64,000 nucleotides of DNA, from assembly GCF_009914755.1 (NCBI RefSeq), contig NC_060934.1; one strand, written 5' to 3'. Both the position numbers and the translations under genes were made by a program. Below, in pieces: positions 12,919 through 26,669 of the stretch. The notes beneath the pieces were generated by a model that had not been told where the DNA came from, did no database searches, and saw nothing but the letters and a program-made list of their open reading frames with translations. Origin of the DNA: the human T2T-CHM13v2.0 reference genome, Homo sapiens. Every line of letters begins with the position of its first letter. Position 1 is the stretch's first letter.

Positions 12919-13587
12919 AAGTTGCTTGCTTTCTCTCCCTCTCTTTTAGGGACACCAATAAGTCATAGATTTGGTCTCTTTACATAGTCTTATGTTTTTT
13001 TGAAGGTTTTCTTTATTCTTCTTAAGTATTTTTGCTGCATTTTTGTGTAATTCAGCTATTTCAGAGGATTAATCTTTGAGGTCTGAGATTTTTTCCTCAG
13101 TTTGGTCAATTTTGATATTAATATTTGTGATTATATTCTTATATTCTTAAAGTGAGTTTTTCAGCTCTATCAGTTCAGTATGGTTTTTTCTTAAAATGGC
13201 CATTTCATCTTTTATCTCCTGTATTGTTTTCTTGTATTCCTTAAAATCCTTTGATTGGGTTTCAACTTTCTCCTGCATCTCAATGATCTTCATTCCTACC
13301 TATATTCTGAATTCTATTCTTGCCATTTCAGCCTAGTTAAGAACTTCATTGGGGAACTAGTGTGGTTGTTTGGAGGTAAAAAGAGACTCTGGCTTTTTGA
13401 GTTGCCAGAGTTATTGTAGTGGCTCTTTCTTATCTGTATGGGCTTATGTTCTTTCAGTCCATAAAGTTGCTGTCCTTTGAATGGGTTTTTCTCCTTTATC
13501 TTCTTTGATGTGGTTGGGGGTTTGACTGTGGTACAAAGTGGGTTCAGTGAACTGGGTTCATTTATTGAAGATTTTAGGGACCCAAGG

Positions 13588-13757
13588 CTCAACTCAGCCC
13601 CTCTGGGATTCATGCTATAACTCTGGGGGGCTGGTATCAGTCCCTGGCTTTGTTCTCAGGCCCCTGGAGTTTCTCAACTCAGCACTCCTGGGATCAATGC
13701 TATAACTCTGGGGGGGCTGGTATCAGGCCCTGGCTTTGTTCTCTGGCCCCTGGAAGT
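13588..13757. repeat. Tandem duplication, period 85 bp, in the L1 5'UTR
   Basis: ctcaactcagc...gctataactctggggggctggtatcag.ccctggctttgttctc.ggcccctgga starts at 13588 and again at 13673. Confidence 0.9.
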
Positions 13758-13885
13758 TAGGCATCTGCTACATTGGAGAGGCTGGTGTGCTCCCAGACCA
13801 CTGGCCACAACACTCTAATGGGTGGTGCCAGCCAAATTTCTTCATCAGGGCAGTGGCAGCAGGATCTATGTTCATGCCCAGGTGC

Positions 13886-13911
13886 CAGCAGCAGCAGCAG
13901 CAGCAGCAGCA
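13886..13911. repeat. (CAG)8 trinucleotide repeat in the L1 5'UTR
   Basis: Eight perfect CAG units counted. Confidence 0.95.
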
Positions 13912-15699
13912 TGAGGGAGCAAGCTTGTTGGCTGGGGTGGGGTGCTGGTAAGTGTGAGGCTGCTGGCCTCCATGTATCCATCACACCAGTGGCAGTGGGA
14001 GTGCAGGGTGCAGGGCTGCTGGCATTCGTGTGCTTGTTTGCACCAGTTATGGTGTTGGCGCAGGGGCACGGTGCTGGCAGGTGCAGGGTGCTGGCCTCTG
14101 TGCTTGTGTTTGCACTGGCAGCAGTGGTGGCATGGAGTGGGATGCAGGGCCATTGGCCTCCATGTGCACATTCATGATAGTAATTGTGGCAAGGGGAAGG
14201 AGGCATGCTCATGCCAGCAGCAATGGTGCAGTGGGATACACATGCACATGTGCACCAGTGGGGAAGTAGAGGCGAGATCCATGCAAGCATGTGTTCACCT
14301 GCAAATTGGTGGGGTTGTGGTGGTAGGGGTTGGGCATAGGCAAGTGTGTGCCAGCAAAATAGCATGGGGGCAGGTGCAATGGGGGGATGGTATAGGTGGG
14401 CTGGTGTGCATTGGCAGAGGCTGTTCTGTTGGAGTTCCCTGACAGCCAGGTGGTTGGCTGGTATGTAGGCCTCCAGGAGTCACTCCAGTTGGGCACCGAG
14501 GCTTCACTGCAAGTGGGCATGGCCAGGCTGGGGCCCTGGGAGAGGTCGGCAGATAGAAGAGCCCTAGATCAGACTGGCCTTATCTCAGCAGCAAGGCTGC
14601 CATGCTCAGTTCAGGCCCAACAGTTCCCCTAAGGCGAAAGCCTCCTAGGGGAGGATAGAGAGTTTTTGGGGATGAGTGTCCTTGGCCATGCTCCACTGTT
14701 GACATTCCCACACCAAGTTCTTTGGGCTCTACACAGGCTAGATTCCTGCTCCTACCACCTCTCTAAGCAGCTTTCCATGCCAGCTCAAGTGTGCTTGGGG
14801 GTCATGGGGTCTCCTGTTGCCAGGATTCCAGAGGCCCATGGCTACAGCAGGTCACTCTTCCCCTGTTCAACTCACCTCTTCCCCAGGAGTGGTGGAGGGC
14901 CAGGAATGAGTCCTGGTGCATGGTAGCCCTGTGCAGGGTTCTTAGCTTCCTCCCACTTCAGACCAGTGTCTGTATCCTCCCTCGGTTCACTGTCAATGTC
15001 TTCCTTTCAAAGATCTGCTCGGAGTGCACCAGTCTTCCCAACGTCCTCCTCCCTGGATGGCAGATGCTCCTTTCCTGGCTGCCTGTAGCTGGCCTCTTGC
15101 CAAGAGCCCTCTCTCCCAACCTTTAAGCCTTCTCAAAATCACCCTTCTCACTGGGAACAGAGCCCTAGGAAAACATAATAAATCATTTTAGCTCCAAGTA
15201 ACTAATACCTTACTGTCTATTGGGGATAGTAAAAGTAGAGACAGAGGGCATATGAAGACTAATGATTTCAAAGAAACTTGTGATAAATTCATGATTGCTA
15301 TCCCTTATAGACATGAAATGGAGATATTTAGGAATTTTCATAACATAACCATCCCATGTTGACTGGGAGGAGGCCTTTCTACCCTGTCAAAGATTGTCCG
15401 TTGAGATGTTTGGGGGTCTGGAGATAATGAGGCATTTCTGTAGGCAACAATAAGACTCTTTTATTCTTGGCGACAGAGATCCTTCTCTTTCCTTCTTTAG
15501 AGCTTTCCATGCCCCTGGCTCCTGCTCTTGATGAGAGTTTCTGGAGCAGGTGGTGTAAAAAAATTTTTGGCTGATACTAAAACACCTTCCACAAATACTG
15601 AAATACCACACCAGGTGTTTCAATGATTTTGTGTCTCAGCAACGGAATTTTAAAAGGTTTTAGTTCTGCTTCTCATTTCTAACTATTCTCTACTTCTAA

Positions 15700-16570
15700 A
15701 AATTTATTGGTGGAGATTTCAATATAAAATGAACACATGCTTATTAAAATATTTAGAAAATATAGTAAATTAGAGAGGCAAAAATAGCATTAGTAATTCT
15801 ATACCCCAAAATAACTACTGCTAATATTTTGGCTTATTATCATCCTGCAATTTTATTATGAATAGCTTTTAAATATTTTTGTTTGATTTACTTAGTAGTA
15901 ATCATGCTGTATACACAATTTTGTATCCCTAAGTATAAAATTATAATGATAACGCAGCAGAAGCTTTTCCCCATATCATTATAAGCAGTTCATAAATATC
16001 AATTGTGTTTAGCACACTTGATTGAATAATTTCCTTACTGTTGGACATTTAGGTTGTTCGCACTTTTTGAAAAATGCTGTGATGAACATCTTTGTAAATA
16101 AAACATTTCCCACATTGGGAATTTTTTGCTCAGTGTATATTTCATGGAAATGTAGCTACTGTATTCATGTATGTAAATCACCCTTGCCAGTAGCTGATAA
16201 GGCAACTGTGCAAATTAGAAAGAGGCACCCTTTCCACTAGACACTCGACTGCCATCTACAGGAAAATTGCCTCCGTAATTATGCTTACAATTCTTGGAAG
16301 GTGAATGGTGCCTCTTAGAGTTGTACAAAACACAACTGTACAACCATAAGTGGCAGACCTAATGTAAATATTTCTCTAAGATTCCAAATTTCTTTCCAAA
16401 ATTTTTATAGTAATTTATTCTCTTAATGGAATCTATGAGTATGCCATTTTATCTCACTTTAATCCATATGGAGAATTATTTTAATTGTTCTAATTTTATA
16501 AGGGAAATGGCACTTTATCTTAATTTATATTTAGCTAGATTACTAGTGAGGTTTAACGTAGTCAATGTAT
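15700..16570 (-). mobile_element. Ancient L1M (L1ME-like) 3' fragments
   Basis: ttggacatttaggttgtt...aatgctgtgatgaacatctttgta motif; highly diverged. Confidence 0.6.
16185..16361. mobile_element. MER91-like hAT-Tip100 element
   Basis: gtgaatggtgcctcttagagttgtacaaaacacaactgtacaacc..ggcagacct terminal motif; inserted in L1M. Confidence 0.65.
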
Positions 16571-17139
16571 TTGTTGTAGCTTTCTCTAAGGAACAAAAAA
16601 CTTTCCTTGTACCAGAGATAGGATTTTCTTTTTTCTTTTCAACAAAGAAATACTAAGCAGAAGTGGATTAATGAGGCCAGATCTGGCTTCCAGCTAGACA
16701 GAAGGTGTTTCATGGCACATGCCCAAGACTTGTGCTTTCAGTCTCTGTCGCTGGGAAAACATGTAATTGGTTCTTTCTGTTTTTCACCTTTCCTTCTGAG
16801 AAGGATTCCCCCTGCTCTTCTGTGTCACTTCTGGGCTTCTCCAGGGAAGTCCAGGGTGTGTCCTATGAGGAACCCACAGGGGGAGGATGCCCAGCATGAT
16901 CTGCCCTGATGGAAGCTTCTGGCTTGCTCAGCTGTCCACCAGAGACCTGAGAGATTGTGGAGACACATGAAGTGAGTTCAATGCTAACAAGCTCTTCCCC
17001 CTGTGCTTTGAGCCACCTGTGGAGCTGGAAGGTCATGATCTGCCTGTGATTCCTCCCTGAAGCCCTTGACCCACAGCAAACCCGAGTCAGTGCTGCCCTT
17101 TCCACACTGTGAGGTTTTCTCAGCCAGAGCCTATGCTGA

Positions 17140-17760
<621 letters not shown>

Positions 17761-17779
17761 GGTAGAGGATGAAGGAGGG

Positions 17780-18310
<531 letters not shown>

Positions 18311-19859
18311 TAATATGTGAAAGAGGGCTGATAGGCCAGGGACAGAGTAGCTGCAGTAGTTGGGGAGTTTGGCACTGGTGAGAAAGGATGAAACCAAGGA
18401 CCACAGTTGTCCCCTGACTTTTAATCTAAAGTTATCTACAATTATAATTGCAGTGGGTCTTGGTGGGAAGGCCTGGCCTAGTGAATAGAGAAACATAATT
18501 TATTGGTATATAAAATCTCACCTGTGACCTCTTCTACCTCCAGGGACAGTCATCCTCTACTGAGGAGATATAGGAACATTTTTATTTATCATTTTGACCA
18601 TCAATAGATAAAGACCCAAGTTGGAGCAAGGCTAGATCCTCATGAAAACCATTCTGTTCTGGCAGTGTTTAGCCTTCTGGAAACTGTTTTGGCTACAGGA
18701 TGACTCCAGGGTTCTCTTGGGTTAGAATAATTCTGGAAAGGATGGGGGCAAAATAACCAACCTAGAGACTATCAGTGGGGCTCTCAAGCCCTGGTTTCTT
18801 TCCTAAGTGACCTATGTCTTAGGTCATTGACATTTTATGATACCAAATGCAGAAGGAAGGCACTAGGGCCCTCTGACTGAACAGGCACTGTGGCCAACAT
18901 GCAAGATGGGCAGACCTGACTGAGATTTACTATGCCCAGGCCCAGGAGGGTCCAGTGGAAACTTTGACAGCTTAATTATGTTCTTACTCAGTCACCCACA
19001 GCTAATGCATCATCCTGGCAAAGCAGGTGTCTTCCATAAGGAGCACAACGGGGCAGATTGTTATCATAAGAGCTTGCCAAGGTCTGCTCTAAATTGTCCC
19101 TGAACCAGTGATAATAAACCAAATTGCTACAAATAGACACCAATTTGCAGAAATGTGAGCAGTCCAAGGGAAGCCTTTGACTTGGGGAGCAGAGGCGAAT
19201 GTGTGATAACTATCAGATTTGCAGAGAAGGAACTTAAATTTATCTTGTGGGAGAGCAGTGGAGTCAACTGTGAAATATAGTGAATTGCTCCATTCTTTGA
19301 ATTCCTAAGAGTTTACATTCAACCTCCTCAAACCATAGTTTGTAGTTTTGACAATATGCTCCAATGGATTGGATAGGTTTGCAGTCTTCAGACACTGGGC
19401 CACTTAAGAGACTAAACATTGGAGTTCTTGGATGAATAAGACTGAAGTATAAGAAGCAGAGAGAAATTTTGATCCTGTTTTGCAACAGGGATGTGTGGTG
19501 GAGACTGAAACTACAGATCCCCTTGGAAAGAAAGGATTTGGATGGGGCCAGTGTCGTTTAGTCTTGCTCAGTTTAGTCTAACATTTATTGAGTATTCAGC
19601 ACTGGGGCTGGTAGGCAGTAAAACTCTGCTTTACCTGTCCAGATGCTAAGAGTTTAGTAGCTAGATGTGGAGGGAACACTCTGTTGGTGGCAGTAAATAA
19701 TCCATCAAGGCATAATTACCTTGCTAGGGATAAGTCTCTGGGTGGAGGTCTTTGAAGGGTCAAGAAGAGAAGAGAGGAGAAAGTAAATGTCCTCCCCTTT
19801 TTCTTCCTTTTCTCATCTTTTCCTCTTCAGTTCTTATACTTTTTTCTTTCTTTTTTAAA

Positions 19860-20600
19860 ACTAAAGCTATTTTTTAAAAGTATTTTATAAAATTTAGAAA
19901 AAAGAAAGAGGAGAAATTTTACTCATAATCTTACTATACAAAGACAAGCAATAATAACATTTGAGCCATTTTTTCAGTTTTTTGCTCTGCCTACTTTTTC
20001 CTAATTATGATTTCTTTTCTTTCTTTTTTTTTTTTTTGAGACAGAGTCTTGCTGTGTCGCCCAGGCTAGAGTGCAGTGGCGTGATCTTGGCTCACTGCAA
20101 CCTCTGCCTCCCGGTTTCAAGCAGTTCTCCTGCCTCAGCCTCCTGAGTAGCTGAGACTACAGGCTCATGCCACCACACTGGGCTATTTTTTTTTGTATTT
20201 TTAGTAGAGACAGGGTTTCACCATGTTAGCCAGGCTGGTCTCGATCTCCTGATCTCGTGATCCACCTGCCTTGGTCTCCCAAAGTGTTGGGATTACAGGC
20301 GTGAGCGACCGTGCCGGCTCTAATTATGATTTTTTTACCTGTGTTTTATTTCACATTATGTGTTATTATGAATTCTTTATGAACAACTTTAATGGCTACA
20401 TAATAGTCCAGCAGATGGGAATAATATCAATTACTTAGTAATTCTCTTATTGTTGAACATTTAGGGATTTTCAACATTCATTTTCATAAATAAATAAGAG
20501 TAAAATAAATATCTCTGCAAATAAATACTTCGCTGTATTTAAAAATATTTCCTGAAGATGGAGTGCTAAAAGTACAAATACTATGTTTAAGTATGTAAAT
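19860..20600 (-). mobile_element. Ancient L1ME-like fragments around an Alu
   Basis: ttttaatggctacataatagtcca...ttgttgaacatttaggg motif. Confidence 0.5.
20014..20319 (-). mobile_element. AluS (Sc/Sg-like)
   Basis: Antisense full dimer; TSD ctaattatgattt (20001-20013, 20320-20332). Confidence 0.95.
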
Positions 20601-20609
20601 ATACTTACT

Positions 20610-20808
20610 ACTCTTTCTTTTCTTTCCCTTTTCTCTCTTTCCTTCCTTCCTTTCTCTTTCCTCCCTTCCTTTCTCCTCCCCTCCTGCTTCCTTCCTTTCT
20701 CTTTCTTTCTTTCTCTTTCTCTCTCTTTCTTCCCTCCCTCCCTCCCTCCTTCCTTCCTTTCTTTCTTCCTCTCTTTTCTTTCTTTCCTCCCTTCTTTCTC
20801 TTCTTCTC
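20610..20808. repeat. ~200-bp pure polypyrimidine (TTTC/TTCC/CCCT)n tract
   Basis: Nearly all C/T on the + strand; abuts the 3' end of L1MA. Confidence 0.95.
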
Positions 20809-20809
20809 A

Positions 20810-21140
20810 ATAAAAATTCTATATATTTAAGGTGTACAACATGATGTTTGATATGACATATATCATATATACATACTGAACATACATATATATATATACA
20901 GTACATATGCATAGTGAAGTGATCACTACATTCAAGCTAATTAATATATCTATTTTCTTCCATGATTACCTTGTGTGTGTCTCTGTGTGTGTGTGTGTGT
21001 TTGTGTGTGTGTAGTGATAGCACCTGACATCTACTCTTGTAGCAAATTTCCAGTATACAATATTGCATTATTAACTATATTCCTCGTGGTGTACATCAGA
21101 TCTCTAGACTTACTCATCTTACATAATCACAACTTTGTTG
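20810..21140 (-). mobile_element. L1MA (MA8-10-like) 3' end with an internal (TG)n
   Basis: tatatttaaggtgtacaacatgatg...gcaaatttccagtatacaa...agatctctagactta. Confidence 0.8.
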
Positions 21141-21764
21141 TCTTTCACTGAGTATTCTTGATATAACAAGAGGACAGTATATGTGTGTGTGTGTGTGTGT
21201 GTGTGTATTTAACCAAGTTGTTTTCTGAAAGGGTCATATACATTTATACACCCAAACCTATTTTCTTAAATTTTGTATTTTACATTAAATAATCAACACC
21301 ACCACAATCACAACAACAAGCTTTACTAATTTTGTGAAATCTGATTTTTATGTTGGCAAATGAATAAAACATTCTTCAAGTACATTCTGAGGTCAAAATA
21401 CACTTTGGGAATGGAATGTGTCTGTGAGTCACCAGCTTACAGAAGCAGCCTTGTCTGGCAGGGAGCTGGTGCTGCAGCAGGGGCCCTCGCCTGTCACCCA
21501 CAGAAGTATGGGATCTGATGGTCAGAAACAGAGCTTGGTGCCCATAAGAACAGACACAAGGTGAACAGATGTCATCTACATTAACTCCCAGCCTGCCAGA
21601 GCCTTACACATGATACCAGCTTAAAGAACACAGAAATTATCCTTAGTTGCACAGTCAGATAATCACATAGATATAAAGCTTACAAAGTAAAAGCCAGAGT
21701 AGCAACATTGGATACCTTAAGTTCTGGGACCCCAAAGAGGTCAGGCCAAGGAAAGGATCAATAC

Positions 21765-21980
21765 ATAACATATTTATATTTACATATATATTCATAATAT
21801 ATTAATTTTTAGTTTTATTATAATTACAGATATCTACATATATATGTTAGCTTTCATATCTTATATATTAATACATGGTTAAATTATAATTATGTTATTG
21901 TGGGTTTTATATATAATATGTATAATATTATATATACATAATATGTATAATATTATATATACATAATATGTATATATTTA
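21765..21980. repeat. AT-rich low-complexity region with a 25-bp tandem unit
   Basis: ataatatgtataatattatatatac x2.5 at 21913-21974. Confidence 0.85.
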
Positions 21981-22174
21981 GAGAGAGAAATATAGGGTGC
22001 CTTTGTTTTTCCTTTTCTTTACCTGGCAGGCACACCTGAGGCTTCCCATTTTTTTCTATTACATTGTTTGTCAGGACTGTTCCCAATACTCAGTATCTGA
22101 GAAAGCATTGAAGAGTGTCTAGAAACCTCATCTGAGTCTAGCCATCACCAACACAATAACAACAAAAATTAAAG

Positions 22175-22360
22175 CTCACGTTTATTGCTTACCATATGCC
22201 ATATACTGTGCTGAGTGTTTACATCCATTTCCCACTTGATTGTCCCAGCAATTCAGTGGGATTAGTATTTTCCCTAGTTCACAGATGAGGTGACTGGGAA
22301 CTGGAGAAGTTAAATGACTTACTCAAGTTCACACAGTGAGTAAACAGGGGAGCTGTGGAG
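22175..22360 (-). mobile_element. MIR
   Basis: tttattgcttaccatatgcc...acagatgaggtgactg...ttaaatgacttactcaagttcacacag. Confidence 0.75.
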
Positions 22361-23674
22361 GTGAGGGACATTCTCAGTGTGAGGCAATGATGGAATCATT
22401 TCATGGTTCCACTCCTAGGTCTCTGTGCTTTGGAAATTAGAAGATCTTGCCAAGCAAGATGAGCTGTGCCGATTTCATGGGGCCTGATTCCTGAGTGGCC
22501 TTGTACCTGCAATGCTGCTCTTTCCTCCAATACAGTCAGTCAATGCCCACGTAGGGTTGGTTTGGTGCACAGTTAAGGCTTGCAGAAAAAGGAAATAACT
22601 TGTTTTACAATGAACCCAGAAATGAAATATCATCATAGAGAAGGTAGGTCAGTGGAATCGCTCCTAAACATTTTTTTAAAAAATAAGTAACAATAAAGTT
22701 TTAACATTCTTGCACTTTAAAAATGAAAACTTACAGTGACAAAGTCATAAGATAAGAATGCTCTTCAGGTTTAGCAGAGTGGCTCTCTGGTGTCTGTCTG
22801 GCTCTCACAGCCGGTGGCAAACTGTAAATACTAACAGATGCACCACAGTGAGCTGAGAGATCCCTGAATGCCTGTGGTGGGGAAGGTTGCACATAATGCA
22901 GGGGCTCTCTAAAAAGAGCCGCTGAGCCTGGTGTCTGTGCTGTCAAAGAAAGGGATGGGGGGAGGGACCCACACAAAGTATTTGCCAACCTTGTTACATG
23001 GGCTTTTCAGACTTCAAACCCAGAGGCTGTGCTTCTGAATGTTGCAAGCCCCATTTTTCTTAAATTTAATTTCAGATATTTAGATTTCATAAGACTTACA
23101 TTTTATATCAGGAATCCAGCTCCATCAATACTTTCAAATGCATTCTCATCAGGAAATATGAATGTTTAGTTCAAAAAATTAATCCAGTCAATCACAGTAT
23201 CAGATGGGAAATAAAATATGCAGTTAAGCTAGAAAGCAATGATAACATATCATGATCAAAACTGTAGTAGATTTCTAAGGCTATACTTTGAGGAAATTTT
23301 ATAGCCTCCAACATCTAGATTATTTTAAAAGTGAAGCTAACAATAAACTTATTATGCATCTAACATTCAAAGAAGAACAACAAGATAAATCAAGGTAAAA
23401 TGGGAGGAAGCATTAAGATGTTAGCAAAAATGAATGAAAGAGAAAACAAATAGGAGTTGCATGAAGCACAGTTTACAAAGGAGGAACAAAGTCTGTGCTG
23501 TGTGTGGGATGATTTGTCCTCTGCATTCCTGGAGCACCTTGCCAGGGCCCTGCCAAAACTTTCAAGTGCAGGCCCTGAGGGGCATGAAGATGGACCCATT
23601 CTGATCAGGTATATGTTTCATTTTTGAACGGGCCCTCTGTCAGTGTCTAAGCCTGCTGTCCTGCTAAGCTTGAG

Positions 23675-23930
23675 AATAATAATAATAATAATAATGATAA
23701 ATGGCATTGACAGTAATTACTATATTTACTGAGCACTTACTAGGAACCAGTGGCCTTGTTGCATCAGCTTTTTAATCCTTACAACATCCCTAGGAGGTGG
23801 ATGCATTTTCTACTGTTTTTAATACTAGGGAATGAGGTTTATTGTAGATATTTCATTTATTCAACTACTCAGTGCTGAAGATACAGTGATGAACAAAAAA
23901 AATCTACCTGCCTTTGTGGATTTTCATTCT
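23675..23930 (-). mobile_element. (AAT)n tail plus MIR and L2 fragments
   Basis: aataataataataat; atttactgagcacttactag; tgctgaagatacagtgatgaacaaa. Confidence 0.6.
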
Positions 23931-24264
23931 AGTAGCAGCTTCCCAAAGTGACCTGTAGTGGAATTTTGAGGCTGACCCATGCTTTTCATCACTTTCAGTC
24001 CGCCTTCCTTAAAATTGGAGGCAACAGAAGGAGGAGTCAATTTTCAGCACAATCATACGCTGACCACATGGCCTCCTGGCTCCCATCTCTACCTTTTCCA
24101 CTGGGGGTTCAACTCCTCAGTGTGGTAGTTCATTAAGGGGGTAGCACAGTGCCTGACACCCAGAAGAGCTTAGTAAGACAGCTAGTTCTATTAATATTCA
24201 CTTTATTACCATCTGGCTCTGATCTCTTTCACCTCTCCTTAATGAGCCTAAGGCCCAGCACCTC

Positions 24265-24939
24265 TGTGTAGTAAAGAATTTAACTTTACCCAAAAAGAAG
24301 TCAGGCATTTGTCATTGGTTTCTGGGAGGTGAACTCTAAGCCCTTGGAATGTTATGACTGATAGGAGTTTCTTTGTTTACCTGGGGGCCTTGGGTTTTGC
24401 CAGAGAGTCTAACAATATGATTTAGGGTGGGAACTGACCATGTTAGAAAGACCAACAATGTGATGTGTGAGGGCTTTGGGTCATGCAGTATCAGTCAATC
24501 TCTGGAGGGGGACAGGAGGCTGAGGTCAACCATGTAGGCAATCAATCATCAAGTCTGCATGATGGAGCCCCAGTAGAAACCCTGAACCCTGGAGCTCAAG
24601 TGAGCCTCCCTGGTTGATGATACTCCATGAGTATTGCTGCACCGGATTGCTCGGAGAGTAACAGCATCCTGGCACTGCAGGTGGAGGACAACTGGAAGCT
24701 CTGGGTTTGGAACTTACCCTGGACTCTCCCCTATGTGCCTCATCCCTTGGCTGATTGTTTGTATCCTTTTTCTGTAATAAACCATAACTATGACTATAAT
24801 AACTTTCAGTGAGTTCTCTAAGTTCTTCTGGTAAATTATCAAACCTAAGAGTTGTTTTGAGAACCCCTCCAACTAGCAACTGGTGTCAGAAGTGAGGGTG
24901 GCCTTGTGAACTGTTCCCTCAAATTTTCCAGTTGTGTCA
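24265..24939 (+). mobile_element. MER21-family solo LTR (ERVL)
   Basis: tgtgtagtaaagaatttaactttaccc...gaggacaactggaagctc...aataaaccataactatga...ggtgtcagaagtgagggtgg. Confidence 0.8.
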
Positions 24940-26590
24940 CTTCAAAACTCCCCAAATAAACCTTCCCAGGTCTCATTTGTGAAGATGTTAGATTGAGAAG
25001 AACTGTCCAGAATTCTTATAAAATACATACAAAATTTAAAAATCGGAGGAAAAAAGGAAATAAATTCTAAAATATTAACAAACTACTCCACCTTCATGCC
25101 AGAGTCAAAGGCTGATGAGCTGTGAAGTTCCATCAGCGGCCAAGGCAGGCTGTGCCTCTTGAATAGAAATAATGGGCTCACAGACAAATTCTAAAACTAT
25201 CACCCAAAGGCTCCGGGCTCTGCCTCCAGCAAGGACAAAGGCGCTCCTGGGGGTCTGCAGCTCACACCTCCTGCAGTGAGAACGACTTCCTGTATAACCT
25301 CAGGACATTTTTTCTGACTTACTCGATTATTTATTTATACCCTCCAATATCCTAAAGGGACGTGAGGTGACTTGAATACATATCTACACGCTCTAGTTAA
25401 GTAAGAGAAGCAAAAAAAGTTAAGTGAGAAAACTAGAAGTGAAAGAGAAAGAGGGTAGGGGGTAAAGAGGATAAAAGAAAAGAGAAGGAGCTGGGTTAAG
25501 ATTAATATCCAAAGTGCATGCCATAAAAATGTTCTGCACATATTCATTATATTGTTTAAAACCTCCACGTTCTTATTTATTTGTTTGCTTGTTTATTGAC
25601 TTTCTTCTTCATTTATTTTTGGCCTACATAATCTACCTTTGATAATTCATAGCACTAAGAGCCTTCTACTGTAGTAATTGCTGCCAGTTTTCTCCTGCCT
25701 GCTAAATGGTTTGTGCCCTGCACTTTGATGCTATGTAATTCATTTCCAGAGGATGATGATTGTTAGGTCTTCATTATGGGCTATACTTTTTATCTATGTA
25801 AAGTAACTTTCTCTCTATTTAATGCATTTTGCCTTGGATTCTAGTTTGTTACTAAAATGGCCACCCCTGGATTACTTTTATTTGTGGACAGCAGCTGTAA
25901 CTTTGAGTAACCTTTTTATTTTAATGTTTTGGTGTCATTTGGTTTTGGCTGTGTCTTATAAAAACAGCATATGTCTATATTTGGTTTGCAACTTAATCTG
26001 AAAGATTTTGATTTTGAGAGAAGAGCTTCAAACAGTTGCATTTTCTTCACAGTTGATGTTTGGTGTTGTCTCATACCCACATTAAAGTGTCTAAAATAGA
26101 ATTTGGATTTCCTCCACCTATTTCCCCAAATCTTACCACCTCTCTGAAACTAATATTCCCTCATCATCCTTACCTCCTTAATTTGTATTACCACACAGCC
26201 CAGATGTTACTATTTATGAGAAAAGGTGGATCTGTTTTTCTGGCAAGCATCTTTTTTTTTTGTTTATTTGTTTTTTGTTTTTTAAATGGAAGCACCGACC
26301 ACAGCTTCTGTACAAGCAGGAGAGGCCGTTGCATAGGCTGGCTACCTTGTTGGGTCTGTGGGAGTAGAGCAGGCTGGCAGGCTGGATACACCCCCTCAAC
26401 TGGCAAAATAATAAAATGGGCTTTGCTTGGGAGGTGAACTTCCTTCACTGTAGCTGTTCTGAGGCTTTTCCTTTTTTCTCTCTCTTCTCAAAGTCTCCTG
26501 AAGAGCTCTGGGGTGGGTTCCCTCTGCTCACCTTCTTTTTCTAATATACCACCCTTGTATTAGGAGGTGTCTGCAGCACATAAACTACCT

Positions 26591-26669
26591 CTTTTTTTTT
26601 TTTTTTTTTTTTGAGACAGAGTCTCACTCTATCGCCAGGCTGGAGTGCAGTGGTGCGATCTCGGCTCAC
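26591..26669 (-). mobile_element. Severely 5'-truncated AluSc (last ~57 nt plus tail)
   Basis: T21-gagacagagtctcactctatcgccaggctgg (CCTGGCGA one-base deletion typical of AluSc); TSD taaactacct. Confidence 0.9.

Larger units (their letters stand above)
2821..15111 (-). mobile_element. Formerly full-length old primate L1 (L1PA15/16-like), interrupted by an ERV and MER1B and internally deleted
   Basis: 3' tip 2821-2851 (aacttttattttaggttcagggg) continues at 9511 (ggggtatatgtgcagatttg). Broken ORF2 frames at 10085-12315, ORF1 remnant ~12920-13500, GC-rich 5'UTR to ~15110. Candidate TSD tctcttaaccttt (2808-2820) / tctcccaaccttt (15112-15124). Confidence 0.9.

Noticed and set aside
13736-15126. 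Dense overlapping ORFs including poly-Q/S/A/L
   Set aside because: Stop-poor GC-rich L1 5'UTR repeats and (CAG)8
20484-20912. Glu/Arg/Lys-rich and Phe/Ser/Leu-rich ORFs
   Set aside because: Translations of the polypurine/polypyrimidine microsatellite
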